From Macrostomum lignano (taxonomy: Eukaryota): a DNA stretch of 64,000 nt. The DNA lies in assembly GCA_002269645.1 (NCBI GenBank), contig NIVC01000369.1, positions 159,413-223,412 on the forward strand, given 5' to 3'. A program made the translations under genes and the position numbers. Shown here piece by piece: positions 23,601 through 36,019 of this stretch. Under the pieces are notes generated by a model, which did no database searches, was not told where the DNA came from, and worked only from the letters and a program-made list of their open reading frames with translations. Each line of letters opens with the position of its first letter. The stretch's first letter is position 1.

Positions 23601-26600
23601 TGATAAAACTTCAGGGAGGGGTTTGTAGCTAGATAAAACTTCAGAGAATAGTTATTAGCCTGATAAAACTTCAGGGAGGGGTTATTAGCTTGATAAAACT
23701 TCAGAGAATGGTTATTAGCCTGATAAAACTTCAGGGAGGGGTTAGTAGCTAGATAAAACTTCAGAGAATAGTTATTAGCCTGATAAAACTTCAGGGAGGG
23801 GTTAGTAGCTAGATAAAACTTCAGAGAATAGTTATTAGCCTGATAAAACTTCAGGTAGGGGTTAGTAGCCTGATAAAACTTCAGGGAGGGGTTATTAGTC
23901 TGATAAAACTTCAGAGAATAGTTATTAGCCTGATAAAACTTCAGGTAGGGGTTAGTAGCCTGATAAAACTTCAGGGAGGGGTTATTAGCCTGATAAAACT
24001 TCAGGGAATGGTTATTAGCCTGATAAAACTTCAGGGAAGGATTAGTAGCCTGATAAAACTTCAGGGAGGGGTTATTAGTCTGATAAAACTTCAGGGAATG
24101 GTTATTAGCCTGATAAAACTTCAGGGAGGGGTTAGTAGCTTGATAAACTTCAGGGAAGGATTAGTAGCCTGATAAAACTTCAGGGAGGGGTTATTAGTCT
24201 GATAAAACTTCAGGGAATGGTTATTAGCCTGATAAAACTTCAGGGAGGGGTTAGTAGCTTGATAAAACTTCAGGGAGGGATTAGTAGCCTGATAAAACTT
24301 CAGGGAGGGATTAGTAGCCTGATAAAAGTTCAGGGAGGGGTTCGTAGTCTAAGAAAGCTTCAGGGAGGGTTCGTAATTTAGTAAAACTTAATGGATGAAA
24401 GTTTAGTAATCCACATGATTCAAGAAGGGCTTGATATCACAAATTATTAAAAACAGTTTTGTAAAATTACCCTAATTAAAGCTATTTTCAGGGTTTAACA
24501 AACATAATATGCTTAAAAATTACACCGACTAATTACTGAATCTATTAATTGAGTAGTGAATTCAGGGCATGTCGTGAACAGCAATCATAAACATTTATTT
24601 TTTATGATTTTAACTTCCCCAGAAACGACTCGGACATGGCAATCTACGAACCATCGCTTGGCATTCTCGCTTCCCTGCTTCGCGGCAATACCGACTGCCA
24701 GAATTTGGTTCGCAATTCTGACAAGTTTCACTGGCTAAAAAAGCAGCTATTGAAAAATTTGGAGAATCCGTCATTAAGCATTACTATTTATTCAATGTCG
24801 CTAATCTACTATCTTGGTGGGTGTGGTGAACAGCTGTTTAACTGTCCAACCAATTCCTATCAGAGCATTCAAGCTGTGTTTCATGTACTACTGACTGGCA
24901 GTTGCAATAGTAGATGGGCGCCATTGTATTCCGCTAATTTGCTTATTGATATTGCCACTTCTGGCTTCAATCAGGACTTGTTGCCTACTTATGAGTATTT
25001 GCCAGTCTGCTTGGGACCGCTGTTGGATCAGCTGACAGCGGAGAAGCTGCTTCAAGGCAAGGTGAGTGAAATTTTGTGCCTATTTTGTAAAATTGTTCTC
25101 AGATCAGTTTTAATATAATCATCTCAAATAATTAGAACACGATACTAAGATCCCTGTGTCTTCTGACATCCAGTTGCCTCATCCTTGTCTCTTCTTAACT
25201 CCCATTCTCCCAGATCCCATTCTCAATTCCCAGAACCCATTACCTTCTCAGATCCCCTTACCTTCTCAGATCCCCTTACCTTCCCAGATCCCATTATCTT
25301 CCTAGATTCCATTCTCTTCCCAAATCCCATTCTATCTCTCTTCCCAAATCCCATAGATAGAGAAGGATCTAGGGTTATAAAAGGGTCTAGGGTAAGAGAA
25401 GGGCTTAGGGTAAGAGAAGGGTTTAGGGTAAGAGAAGGGCTTAGGGTAAGAGAAGGGCTTAGGGTAAGAGAAGGGTTTAGGGTAAGAGAAGGGTTTAGGG
25501 TAAGAGAAGGGTTTAGGGTAAGAGAAGGGTTTAGGGTAAGAGAAGGGTTTAGGGTAAGAGAAGGGCTTAGGGTAAGAGAAGGGATTAGGTAAGAGAAGGG
25601 TTTAGGGTAAGAGAAGGCTTAGGGTAAGAGAAGGGTTTGGGGTAAGAGAAGGGCTTAGGGTAAGAGAAGGGTTTAGGGTAAGAGAAGGGTTTAGGGTAAG
25701 AGAAGGTTTAGGGTAAGAGAAGGGCTTAGGGTAAGAGAAGGGTTTGGGGTAAGAGAGGGCTTAGGGTAAGAGAAAGGTTTAGGGTAAGAGAAGGGTTTAG
25801 GGTAAGAGAAGGGCTTAGGGTAAGAGAAGGGTTTGGGGTAAGAGAAGGGTTTAGGGTAAGAGAAGGGTTTAGGGTAAGAGAAGGGTTTAGGGTAAGAGAA
25901 GGGCTTAGGGTAAGAGAAGGGCTTAGGGTAAGAGAAGGGTTTGGGGTAAGAGAAGGCTTAGGGTAAGAGAAAGGTTTAGGGTAAGAGAAGGGTTTAGGGT
26001 AAGAGAAGGGTTTAGGGTAAGAGAAGGGTCTAGGGTAATAGAAGGGTCTAGGATAAGCGAAGGGTTTAGGGTAAGAGAAGGGTTTAGGGTAAGAGAAGGA
26101 TTCAGAACTAAAGGATCTAGGGAATTGACGAAATAGGAAACAATTATGTGGGTCAAAGATTTGAGAGTCATCTTAAACTATGGCGATATTAAGAAAGGGT
26201 AAACTGGTCTAGGACCTTCATGAAGTACATGATACGTTGTGCTCGCGCGTCAGCGTTCAATCATAAGCTAGTCTAGGATAATTTGAGTCGTGACGTTTCG
26301 CTGTGGTGACTACGATTTAATTTCTTATCGTTAAATCGAAAGCATCGGTAAGACAGACGGCGAGTTCTGAGGACGCTAAGGCGGCAATTTCGACAGGCAG
26401 ACAATTGACTAGATATATTCGTAATACACCTAAGGGTCACGGTCAGATTCGTGTCTGAGCTTGATCACGAGTTGATAGACAACGGTGTCGAATCGCACCT
26501 ATCAGACGTCAAATTAGTCGTGCAATGTCTTCGAAAGCTTGCATTACAACAAGCGACCCGCGAATAACGTTTGACGACCCGACATTCTTACGAAAAAGTT

Positions 26601-29600
26601 CACAGTTAAGAGGGTCTAGGGGTAATCGATGGGGTTAGAGGGTCTAGGGGTAATCGATGTCAAGAGGGTCTAGGGGTAATCGATGTTAAGAGGGTCTAGG
26701 GGTAATCGATGCATGTCAAGAGGGTATAGGGGTAATCGATGTCAAGAGGGTCTAGGGGTAATCGATGACAAGAGGGTCTAGGGGTAATCGATGTCAAGAG
26801 GGTCTAGGGGTAATCGATGTTAAGAGGGTCTAGGGGTGATCGATGTTAAGAAGATCTAGGGTAATTGATGTTCACAGGGTCTAGGGGTACTCAATGTTAA
26901 GAGGGTCTAGGGATACTCAATGTTAAGAGGGTCTAGGGGTACTCAATGTTAAGAGGGTCTAGGGATAATCGATGCTAGAGGGTATAGGGATAATCGATGT
27001 TAAGAGGGTCTAGGGGTACTCAATGTTAAGAGGGTCTAGGGATAATCGATGCTAGAGGGTATAGGGATAATCGATGTTAAGAGGGTCTAAGGGTACTCAA
27101 TGTTAAGAGGGTCTAGGGATACTCAATGTTAAGAGGGTCTAGGGGTACTCAATGTTAAGAGGGTCTAGGGATAATCGATGCTAGAGGGTATAGGGATAAT
27201 CGATGTTAAGAAAGTCTAAGGGTACTCGATGTTAGAGGATCTAGGGATAATCGATGTTAAGAGGGTCTAGGGGTAATCGATGTTAAGAGGGTCTAGGGGT
27301 AATCGATGTTAAGAGGGTCTAGTGGTAATCGATGTTAAGAGGGTCTATGGTAATCGATGTCAAGAGGGTCTAGGGGTAATCGATGTAAGAGGGTCTAGGG
27401 GTAATCGATGTTAAGAGGGTCTAGGGGTGATCGATGTTAAGAAGATCTAGGGGTAATTGATGTTCACAGGGTCTAGGGGTACTCAATGTTAAGAGGGTCT
27501 AGGGATACTCAATGTTAAGAGGGTCTAGGGGTACTCAATGTTAAGAGGGTCTAGGGATAATCGATGCTAGAGGGTATAGGGATAATCGATGTTAAGAAAG
27601 TCTAAGGGTACTCGATGTTAGAGGATCTAGGGATAATCGATGTTAAGAGGGTCTATGGGTAATCGATGTTAAGAGGGTCTAGGGGTAATCGATGTTAAGA
27701 GGGTCTAGGGGTAATCGATGTTAAGAGGGTCTATGGGTAATCGATGTTAAGAGGGTCTAGGGGTAATCGATGTTAAGAGGGTCTAGGGGTAATCGATGTC
27801 AAGAGGGTCTAGGGGTAATCGATGTTAAGAGGGTCTAGGGGTAATCGATGTTAAGAGGGTCTAGGGGTGATCGATGTTAAGAAGATCTAGGGGTAATTGA
27901 TGTTCACAGGGTCTAGGGGTACTCAATGTTAAGAGGGTCTAGGGGTACTCAATGTTAAGAGGGTCTAGGGGTAATCGATGTCAAGAGGGTCTAGGGGTAA
28001 TCGATGTTAAGAGGGTCTAGGGGTAATCGATGTTGAGAGGGTCTAGGAGTGATCGATGTTAAGAGGGTCTAGGGGTAATCGATCGTAAGAGGGTCTTAGG
28101 GGTAATCGATCGTAAGAGGGTCTTAGGGGTAATCGATCGTAAGAGGGTCTAGGGGTAATCGATCGTAAGAGGGTCTAGGGGTAATCGATCGTAAGAGGGT
28201 CTTAGGGTCTAGCGGTAATAGCACGTTAAGGCGTCTGGACACGTTGGTCGGCGTTACCACGCTAGACTAACCAGCGGTTGACCATTGACTTGCGACGGAG
28301 CTGGATGAACTAACCGATCGCTCGTTCACGACGATACACCCTGCTAGCGTTCTAATAGCGTCCGCGAGAACCTAGATGAAACCGGTTCACACGTCGTAGG
28401 CAAACGACACCGATAACACGGCCTAATCGTTAAAACCGCAGTTATCATTGTTCGGAAATCGGTTAGTCTAACTTCGATCTGAAAGATGACTATGATGACT
28501 CTGATCATCATTGCCGCTTGTAGGTTTCGTTAGAAGTTGTAGCACAAGGGACCGAGCAGATGATCGAACGCCAGAGCAGATAGTAACGATAAGACCCCCT
28601 GGTATATCGTTACGGTCGTAACCACCGAGACCGCGTCGGCACAGGCTGATAACGCCCCTAGTCTAACACCTTACACGGGAAGCATATCACACGGACCGAC
28701 CCGTCTTCGAATATGGGTCCACTCATCATACTTGACACAAACATATAGTAAAGTTAAAATCCACAGTAAACCCACAAACCCTAGTTTCACAGCGGCTGAC
28801 TCCCTAATCCCTAACACAAACCCTAGTTTGTAGCTTCACAGCGGCTGACTCCCTAATCCCTAAAACAAACCCTAGTTTCACAGTGGCTGACTCCGTTATC
28901 CCTAAAACAAACCCTAGTTTCACAGTGGCTGACTCCGTTATCCTAAAACAAACCTAGTTTTACAGCGGCTGACTCCGTTATCCCTAAAACAAACCCTAGT
29001 TTCACAGTGGCTGACTCTGTTATCCCTAAAACAAACCCTAGTTTTACAGCGGCTGACTCCGTAATCCCTAAAACAAACCCTAGTTTCACAGCGGCTGACT
29101 CCCTAATCCCTAGTAACACAAACCCTAATTCACAGTGACTAACTCATCCCTAGTTCTCCTTAGCTTATTTTTACATTGAATTAACATAGATTAGAATTTC
29201 AGAAGGTCTGTGGTACAGAATGTTCAGCAGTGTCACCTTTATAGTCTTTGTTTCCACTGTCTTGGTTTTTGCAGCGTTTCCCGCGAACTGGCCTCACTAT
29301 TGTCTCAGCGTCATCGCTTGGCTTTAGCCTCAACCAATAATGGTATCGCTAGAGGCCCTTCAGCGTTGCCTAGTAACGGTTGCTATGCGGGTAGCATCGG
29401 TCTCGGCGTTGAACTGATGAACGGCCACGGTGTCGCGGTTGGTTCGACAACTTCAACGTCTGCATCTGCCGGCAGCAGCGGTGGCGGCGGCGGTGCAGTC
29501 AACGGTGGACACGAGCTGGGCAGCGGTCAGCTGGATCAGCTGATTAACGATGTTAAAAACAGGCTGAATGTGAGTGCTTTATCTAATCTGTTTCTTTTTC

Positions 29601-31133
29601 ATTGCAACTCAGGTATGTGCTCAGGGGTCAGTGAAATGGGACGAATTGCCTCAAGTAGTGACCCTGGGCGACTCTTTTATCTTTTTAACGACTCATTAGA
29701 CTGTAATGCAACGGAAAGGCGACTGTTGAGTCTCGTGAGTTGCAAAACCGTATAATAGTCGTCTCTGAGTGACCACCCTGAGTCTCTGAGTGACCACCCT
29801 GAGTCTCTTCAGTGACCACTCTGAGTCTCTTGAGTGACCACCCTGAGTCTCTTGAGTGACCACCCTGAGTCTCTTCAGTGACCACTCTGAGTCTCTTGAG
29901 TGACCACTCTGAGTCTCTTCAGTGACCACTCTGAGTCTCTTGAGTGACCACCCTGAGTCTCTTGAGTGACCACTCTGAGTCTCTTGAGTGACCACTCTGA
30001 GTCTCTTCAGTGACCACTCTGAGTCTCTTGAGTGACCACCCTGAGTCTCTTGAGTGACCACCCTGAGTCTCTTCAGTGACCACTCTGAGTCTCTTGAGTG
30101 ACCACTCTGAGTCTCTTCAGTGACCACTCTGAGTCTCTTGAGTGACCACCCTGAGTCTCTTGAGTGACCACCCTGAGTCTCTTGAGTGACCACCCTGAGT
30201 CTCTTGAGTGACCACCCTGAGCCTCTTGAGTGACCACCCTGAGTCTTCAGTGACCACTCTGAGTCTCTTCAGTGACCACTCTGAGTCTCTTCAGTGACCA
30301 CTCTGAGTCTCTGAGTGACCACCCTGAGTCTCTGAGTGACCACCCTGAGTCTCTGAGTGACCACCCTGAGTCTCTTGAGTGACTACCCTGAGTCTCTTCA
30401 GTGACCACTCTGAGTCTCTGAGTGACCACCCTGAGTCTCTGAGTGACCACCCTGAGTCTCTGAGTGACCACCCTGAGTCTCTTGAGTGACTACCCTGAGT
30501 CTCTTGAGTGACCACCCTGAGTCTCTGAGTGACCACCCTGAGTCTTGAGTGACCACCCTGAGTCCTCAGTAAGCATCCTGACTGCTTTCATCTGTACCAG
30601 CTAGTTTTGGGACATTGTCGCCGAAGACTCTTGAAATTATTAATGGTACTATAAGGACGCCAGCATTTCATTTGCATTCATAACCACCCCTCCCTCTAAC
30701 AAAAACTTTTGCACAGCTGAAGGACACTCGAGTCTCAGACCTGCTCACACTGTACGAATCCAAGCTGCAAGCCTGTCAACTCAGCGAAGAATCTTTAATT
30801 GCCTACGCCGCCGCTCAATCCGACGCACTGTCCCGTTGTCAAGCGGTTGCTAGGCGCCAAGCTCAGCGCTCGGCCGCTCTGGAGGCGGAATGCGCCAAAC
30901 TACGCGGAGCTACGGCTGACGCCGAAAAAGCGCAAGAGTCGCTGCGCGTGCTTGAACGCGAGAAAGCGGCAAATGAGGCCAGACTGGTGAAAGAGGTGAA
31001 GTCTGCTCAGCGGAATGCTGAGCGGCTGCAGGCCCTGCTGGACCAGACCGAGCGGGAGAAGCTGGAGATGGCCGAGAGGAATAACCAGCTGAAGAATATC
31101 CTCATGTCCGCCTCTGCTGTGTTTAAGTCTTAG
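20676..31133 (+). CDS. CIP2A: CIP2A (KIAA1524) homolog: armadillo-like N-terminus plus C-terminal coiled coil; two internal exons are present only as complemented sequence
   Basis: Normal exons 20676-20786, 21769-21919, 22506-22722, 24623-25061, 29275-29569 and 30717-31133; complemented exons 26210-26582 and 28236-28719. Recognised segments: PSLGILASLLRGNTDCQNLV...LENPSLSITIYSMSLI...GEQLF...SIQAVFHVLLTG...YSANLLIDI and DTRVSDLLTLYESKL, matching my recollection of human CIP2A. Total 2487 nt is divisible by 3. No ATG in the first identified exon. Confidence 0.85.
20935..21620. repeat. 18-bp-based minisatellite (cccagatcccattctctt)n with interspersed atcaggttgcattc variants, CIP2A intron
   Basis: Direct tandem copies. 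The same unit recurs at 25200-25354 and continues as its complement afterwards. Confidence 0.95.
22020..22460. repeat. Degenerate 21-22-bp tandem repeat (gagattctaattcggatttat-like), CIP2A intron
   Basis: Recurring attctaattcg / ttatgaga motifs. Confidence 0.8.
22735..24370. repeat. 30-bp minisatellite (ctgataaaacttcagggaggggttagtagc)n, CIP2A intron
   Basis: More than 50 copies alternating gggagggg and agaatag variants. Confidence 0.97.
26606..28210. repeat. 26-bp minisatellite (aagagggtctaggggtaatcgatgtt)n inside the complemented block
   Basis: Unit starts at 26662, 26688 and so on; the de-complemented unit is ttctcccagatccccattagctacaa. Confidence 0.95.
28770..29140. repeat. About 44-bp tandem repeat (aaaccctagtttcacagcggctgactccctaatccctaaaac)n
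   Basis: About 8 direct copies; probably still within the complemented block. Confidence 0.85.
29765..30570. repeat. 21-22-bp minisatellite (gagtgaccaccctgagtctct)n, last CIP2A intron
   Basis: Direct tandem copies. Confidence 0.97.
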
Positions 31134-31144
31134 GCGCTGACTGA

Positions 31145-31259
31145 CTGTGTCTGTCTGTCTGGGTCTGTCTGTCTGTCTGTCTGTATGTATGTATGTATGT
31201 ATGTATATCTGTCTGTCTGTCTGTCTGTCTGTCTCTGTCTGTATGTCTGTCTGCCTTCC

Positions 31260-31314
<55 letters not shown>

Positions 31315-31321
31315 GTCTGTA

Positions 31322-31372
<51 letters not shown>

Positions 31373-31373
31373 A

Positions 31374-31412
<39 letters not shown>

Positions 31413-31413
31413 A

Positions 31414-31444
<31 letters not shown>

Positions 31445-31540
31445 GTGTCTGTCTGTCTGTTTTAGTCTCTGTGTCTGTCTGTTTGTTTTAGTCTCTGTGT
31501 CTGTCTGTTTGTTTTAGTCTCTGTGTCTGTGTCTGTCTGT
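31145..31540. repeat. (GTCT)n microsatellite directly after the CIP2A stop codon
   Basis: tgtctgtc array with tatg variants. Confidence 0.97.
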
Positions 31541-32379
31541 CTATTAAACTTAAGTCAACTGTACAAACTAACAAGAATTGTTGGACATTAAGAAGTCAAT
31601 TTAATTTATTTATTCTTACAAATATATCTTGTCAGCTTGCGGCTCCGTGCTGCTGTAACTACTAGTATCATGCACATCATTTTTACTCACCAGAAGCCTC
31701 TGCCGCAGCACAAAATCAAAATGCATTCTCAATTGGTTCAGTTTAGCCTGTTTACAGACCTTTTTCGCCTATTTATAATTAATATTTTTTTTGCCAAATA
31801 ACATCGCTACTGCCATTAGTCTGTCTCTATTTTTTCCTATGTGAGCATTTTTCTTATTTAGAATTGTTGAATTTTTCTAATTTTGTTAAATTGCATGAGG
31901 CGTGTAAATATCCTTATTAAATAATTCCCCTATTGCTTTTGTAGGAACGCTAATTTTTACTGCTTATATTAGGCTTATAAATTCAATTACTTTGTCAAAA
32001 TTAAAAAAATTTATAATGTTGCATGCCAATTATTTTATTCAATTTGAACTATTTTTCTATTTATTTTTATATAACTGTTGAATTTATTTACAATTGTGTG
32101 CATGCCAATTAATGAATGGTTAATTTTATTGTCCTCTCTCTAAGTTTTTTTAGCCTTCAGTCATTAGAGAATTGCATACATTATGTATAAAGCATCACTA
32201 ATTTCTATATTACTAATTATTGTTGTGGATGAAGCGAAAATAATATACATATTATAAATACATATTTCCGCTTAAAGCTGCTGTGCCAGAGCAGGTTGAT
32301 AATTAATAAAACTTGATTTGCATTTGTCAAATCATTTTAACTAACTGCTTTTTAGAACCAACCTTACCTCTCAGCGAAC

Positions 32380-33270
32380 CTAAATGTACACTCGCTCTTC
32401 CCTTACCCCTTAATAACAATCTAAATGTACACTTGCTCATCCCTTACCCCTTAGCAATCCTAATGTACACTCGCTCTTCCCTTACCCCTCAGCCACCCCA
32501 ATGTACACTCGCTCTTCCCTTACCCTTCATCCACTCCAATGTACACTCTCTCTTCCCTTAACCCTTAGCCACCCCAATGTACACTCGCTCTTCCCTTAAC
32601 CCTTAGCCACCCCAATGTACACTCGCTCTTCCCTTAACCCTTAGCCACCCCAATGTACACTCGCTCTTCCCTTACCCTTCATCCACTCCAATGTACACTC
32701 TCTCTTCCCTTAACCCTTAGCCACCCCAATGTACACTCGCTCTTCCCTTAACCCTTAGCCACCCCAATGTACACTCGCTCTTCCCTTAACCCTTAGCCAC
32801 CCCAATGTACACTCGCTCTTCCCTTAACCCTTAGCCACCCCAATGTACACTCGCTCTTCCCTTACCCTTCATCCACTCAAATGTACACTCTCTCTTCCCT
32901 TAACCCTTAGCCACCCCAATGTACACTCGCTCTTCCCTTAACCCTTAGCCACCCCAATGTACACTCGCTCTTCCCTTACCCTTCATCCACTCCAATGTAC
33001 ACTCTCTCTTCCCTTAACCCTTAGCCACCCCAATGTACACTCGCTCTTCCCTTAACCCTTAGCCACCCCAATGTACACTCGCTCTTCCCTTAACCCTTAG
33101 CCACCCCAATGTACACTCGCTCTTCCCTTACCGCTTAAGAATCCAAATGTACACTCGCTCTTCCCTTACCCCCAAGCCACCCCAATGTACTCGCTTCTCC
33201 CTTACCCCCAAGCCACCCCAATGTACTCGCTTCTCCCTTACCCCTCAGCCACCCCAATGAACACTCGCTC
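32380..33270. repeat. 38-bp minisatellite (aatgtacactcgctcttcccttaacccttagccacccc)n
   Basis: Unit starts at 32576, 32614 and so on. Confidence 0.96.
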
Positions 33271-33309
33271 TTATCAGCAGTTTTATTATTTCGAAAATAA
33301 CTACACTCA

Positions 33310-35932
33310 ATGCATGCTCTTGCGAATATACATCAGTACCAGCCAGGCGTAATGGCTAACAAAGTGCTCTGTCTATTTAACGATTGCAATGAATCGTTTG
33401 AATTAAATAGCAACTGTGGCAACCTTGATACTTCCGTTTTAGAGCAGCATCTGATGGAGGTACATAGTTTAGTTATTGACGCTATTGATAATATTTCCGA
33501 GCTGCCTGAGTAAGTAGATTTTGTTTTTTATAAAGGAATCAGTAGTTGAAATTCATCTAAGTTATGTAAAAATTAAATTAAATTAAAATTAATAATTATT
33601 TTTTAGATACCTGTCTTACTGGCGCAAGTCAATTAGCAGCGAAACCGCATCACAACATTGCTTTGTGTTTCGAAATGAAACTGATAAAGCTGAAGGTAAG
33701 TCTAATAGTGATTTAGTCATTTTAATAATAATATCACCCTCTATTCGTTAAGAAATCGCCCTTAATTCACGGAGAAAATCACCCTTCATTCACTGAGAAA
33801 ATCGCCCTCTATTCACTGAGAAAATCGCCCTCTATTCACTGAGAAAATTGCCCTCTATTCGCTGAGAAAATCGCCCTCTATTCACTATACACCAGGCAGC
33901 CAAAGTGACCCAACTGCTACGACCAAGCAAGAATATTTATTCCTATCGTATGACAATCCAGACGATGCTAAATTGCGCAATAAACTTCACGAAAATCGAT
34001 TGGTACGCGTTTTATCCGATTTATACTACTATTCAGCTGTATCAGTAGAAATATGCGCATTTTTCTGTATTTTTACTAATTTTTTGTAAAAATTTTAGAC
34101 TCGAGTTCTTGAACTATATCAGAAGGAACGATTATCGCTAGAAAAGTTTCCTTGCATCTTTTGCAATGATGTCAACTTGAGTCGGTTGGTTTTTTTAACA
34201 GTTTTGGCTTTCTCAAAATTGTATTACTTGAATATTGGGTGTTTTAATTTTGTGTATTTCGCTTTCAGAACGAAGATATTTGAGCACCTAGCCGAGGAGC
34301 ACAGCTTCTGGTTGGGCGAGCCGGACAATATGGTCTTTGTTGGCGAATTGTTACAGCGTCTCGGCGATATGATTACCAAGTATGCTTTAATTTATGCTGT
34401 GTACAATTGGCTGTTTTGAAATGTTCTGTGTCAAATTTTTGAAGTAAATGAATTTATGAACGATATGTATCATAAATATGTCTACAAAGAGAGAGTTTAC
34501 TACTTCCAAATGTATCGAAATAGCTTTATATCCTAGAAGAAGTTTTATTTGCCAATGTATCGAAAACAACTCTCACAAAGAAGAATTCCATTAGCCAATA
34601 TGCATCGAAAACAAATTTCTACAAGAAAAATGTCTATTAGCCGATATGTAACGAAAACAAATTTCTACTAGAAAAACGTCTATTAGCCGATATGTATCGA
34701 AAATAACTTTCTACTTCTACTAGAAAATTTCTATTAGCCGATATGTATCGAAAACGAATTTTTGCAAGAAGAATGTCTTAGCCGTTATGTATTTAAAATA
34801 AATTTCTACTTCTACTAGAAAAAGTATATGAGCCGATATGTATCGAAAACAATTGTCTGTTAAAGAAAACGGATATCATACCCACTCGCCATGCCAAAAC
34901 ATCCAGCCAAATCTGTCTCTACTGCGAGAAAGAGTTCCGCACCCGGTTCGTGCTCAAGGAGCACATGCGCAAGCGCAATCATCGTCGCATTAAGCCAGAC
35001 AACAGTAGCAAGTACGCCAAGTACTTTATTAGCGCCTATTTAAAACCGAACGGATTTCAACGGATTCGACTATCGATTGGAGCCGATCCAAATTCTTTGG
35101 CAACGCCGTCCTCGTCTGCCGGCTCCAGGGCCGCGTCTGTGGCGGCTTCATCAGAGGATGAAGACAGCTGCGAGGAAGCTGGCGAGACTGATGATGTCGA
35201 AAATGTCGTCGTGTCAAGGTTTGTTTGTTTCAATTTTGTTACAACCTTGTGGCCTAAGAGCGTCGGACTCACGACGTGAAGGTCTGGGGTTCGATTCCTA
35301 ATCCCACTCGAAACAATTAGTGTCCTCGAGCAAGACACTTAACTCTGCATTGCTTCAGTTCACCCAGCTGTAAAATGGGTGCCAGCATTAGCTGGGGTAA
35401 TCGAGGGTGTGTGTGGCGACCCCCCTTGGACTGAACAGCCGTACGCAGCCTTCAGATGCGCCCATTAGGTATTTGGGCAGGTGTAATTAATAATAATAGT
35501 AGGGTTAACGCTTCCAGCTCTTTGCCTTTGTCCAGGAATGCTCAACCAGATGACGACATCGAACTGTACTGCGATCGGCCTTTGCCAACAGCAACCGAGT
35601 CAGTGACTGCAGATGCCGCCTCTGCTGCCACCGAAGCTGCTGAACATCTGACCTGTCCACTGTGCCAACAGACTGGCACAGACCGGCAGCTGCTGGCTCA
35701 TCTATCCTCCAGTCATTCAGTTGATTTACCAGAATTATCTAAGCGTTACAATTTAGACTTTCACCAGCGTCTTCGTTTGCTGGTCTCTATTCGGCGGCGG
35801 CGTTCGAATCAGTCGCCCGACTGTCTAGCTAAATTAGCGGCTGAGTATAATCCTCAAGTAGTTGATGCAGAACGACCAGTTGCTAATGAAGCTGAAGTTG
35901 CTCTGGCTGATTTGTGCGATGATGCTGATTAA
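33310..35932 (+). CDS. ZNF277: Zinc finger protein 277 homolog (C2H2), about 433 aa, 7 exons
   Basis: Exons 33310-33509, 33607-33695, 33896-34002, 34099-34184, 34269-34379, 34907-35218 and 35536-35932; GT-AG, phases match, 1302 nt. Motifs YLSYWRK, CIFC...FEHLAEEHSFWLGEPDNMV, CLYCEKEFR...LKEHMRKRNHRRI and LDFHQRLRLLVSIRR match ZNF277. Confidence 0.88.
35240..35462 (+). mobile_element. tRNA-derived SINE, copy 3 (in ZNF277 intron 6)
   Basis: tgtggcctaagagcg (A-box-like), ggttcgattcc (B-box), gtgtcctcgagcaagacacttaactctgcattgcttcagttcacccagctgtaaaatgggtgccagc; followed by an aat-rich tail near 35485. Confidence 0.9.
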
Positions 35933-36019
35933 ATTGTTGCTCAAGTCTTCTGCCATTCTTTTTTTGCGTATTTCTGTCTTTAATGCGCACTTTTTCTTGA
36001 GAACCACCCCAACTGTTCC

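Larger units (their letters stand above)
25355..29150. other. Block written as complement-without-reversal of the true plus strand (probable assembly artifact); contains two CIP2A exons and three minisatellites
   Basis: The intronic repeat tcttcccagatcccattctc switches at 25355 to agaagggtctagggtaagag, its base-by-base complement. Complementing 28236-28719 gives cag|160 stop-free codons|gtgagt. The right junction is only bracketed between about 28745 and 29265. Confidence 0.9.

Noticed and set aside
22735-24370. CRISPR-like array (30-bp repeats; also the 29-bp array at 56450-60130)
   Set aside because: Units are head-to-tail with no unique spacers, there are no cas genes, and the context is eukaryotic introns.
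25380-26100. Telomere-like GGGTTTAGGG motifs
   Set aside because: Part of an 18-bp unit that is the complement of the neighbouring intronic repeat, not a (TTAGGG)n or (TTTAGGG)n array.
25355-29150. Ordinary inversion as an explanation of the flipped block
   Set aside because: An inversion would give the reverse complement (gggaagagaatgggatctggg) and reversed exon order. The observed sequence is the unreversed complement with exons in the original order.
32380-33270. Interstitial telomere (taaccc motif)
   Set aside because: Only one TAACCC per 38-bp unit; it is a minisatellite.
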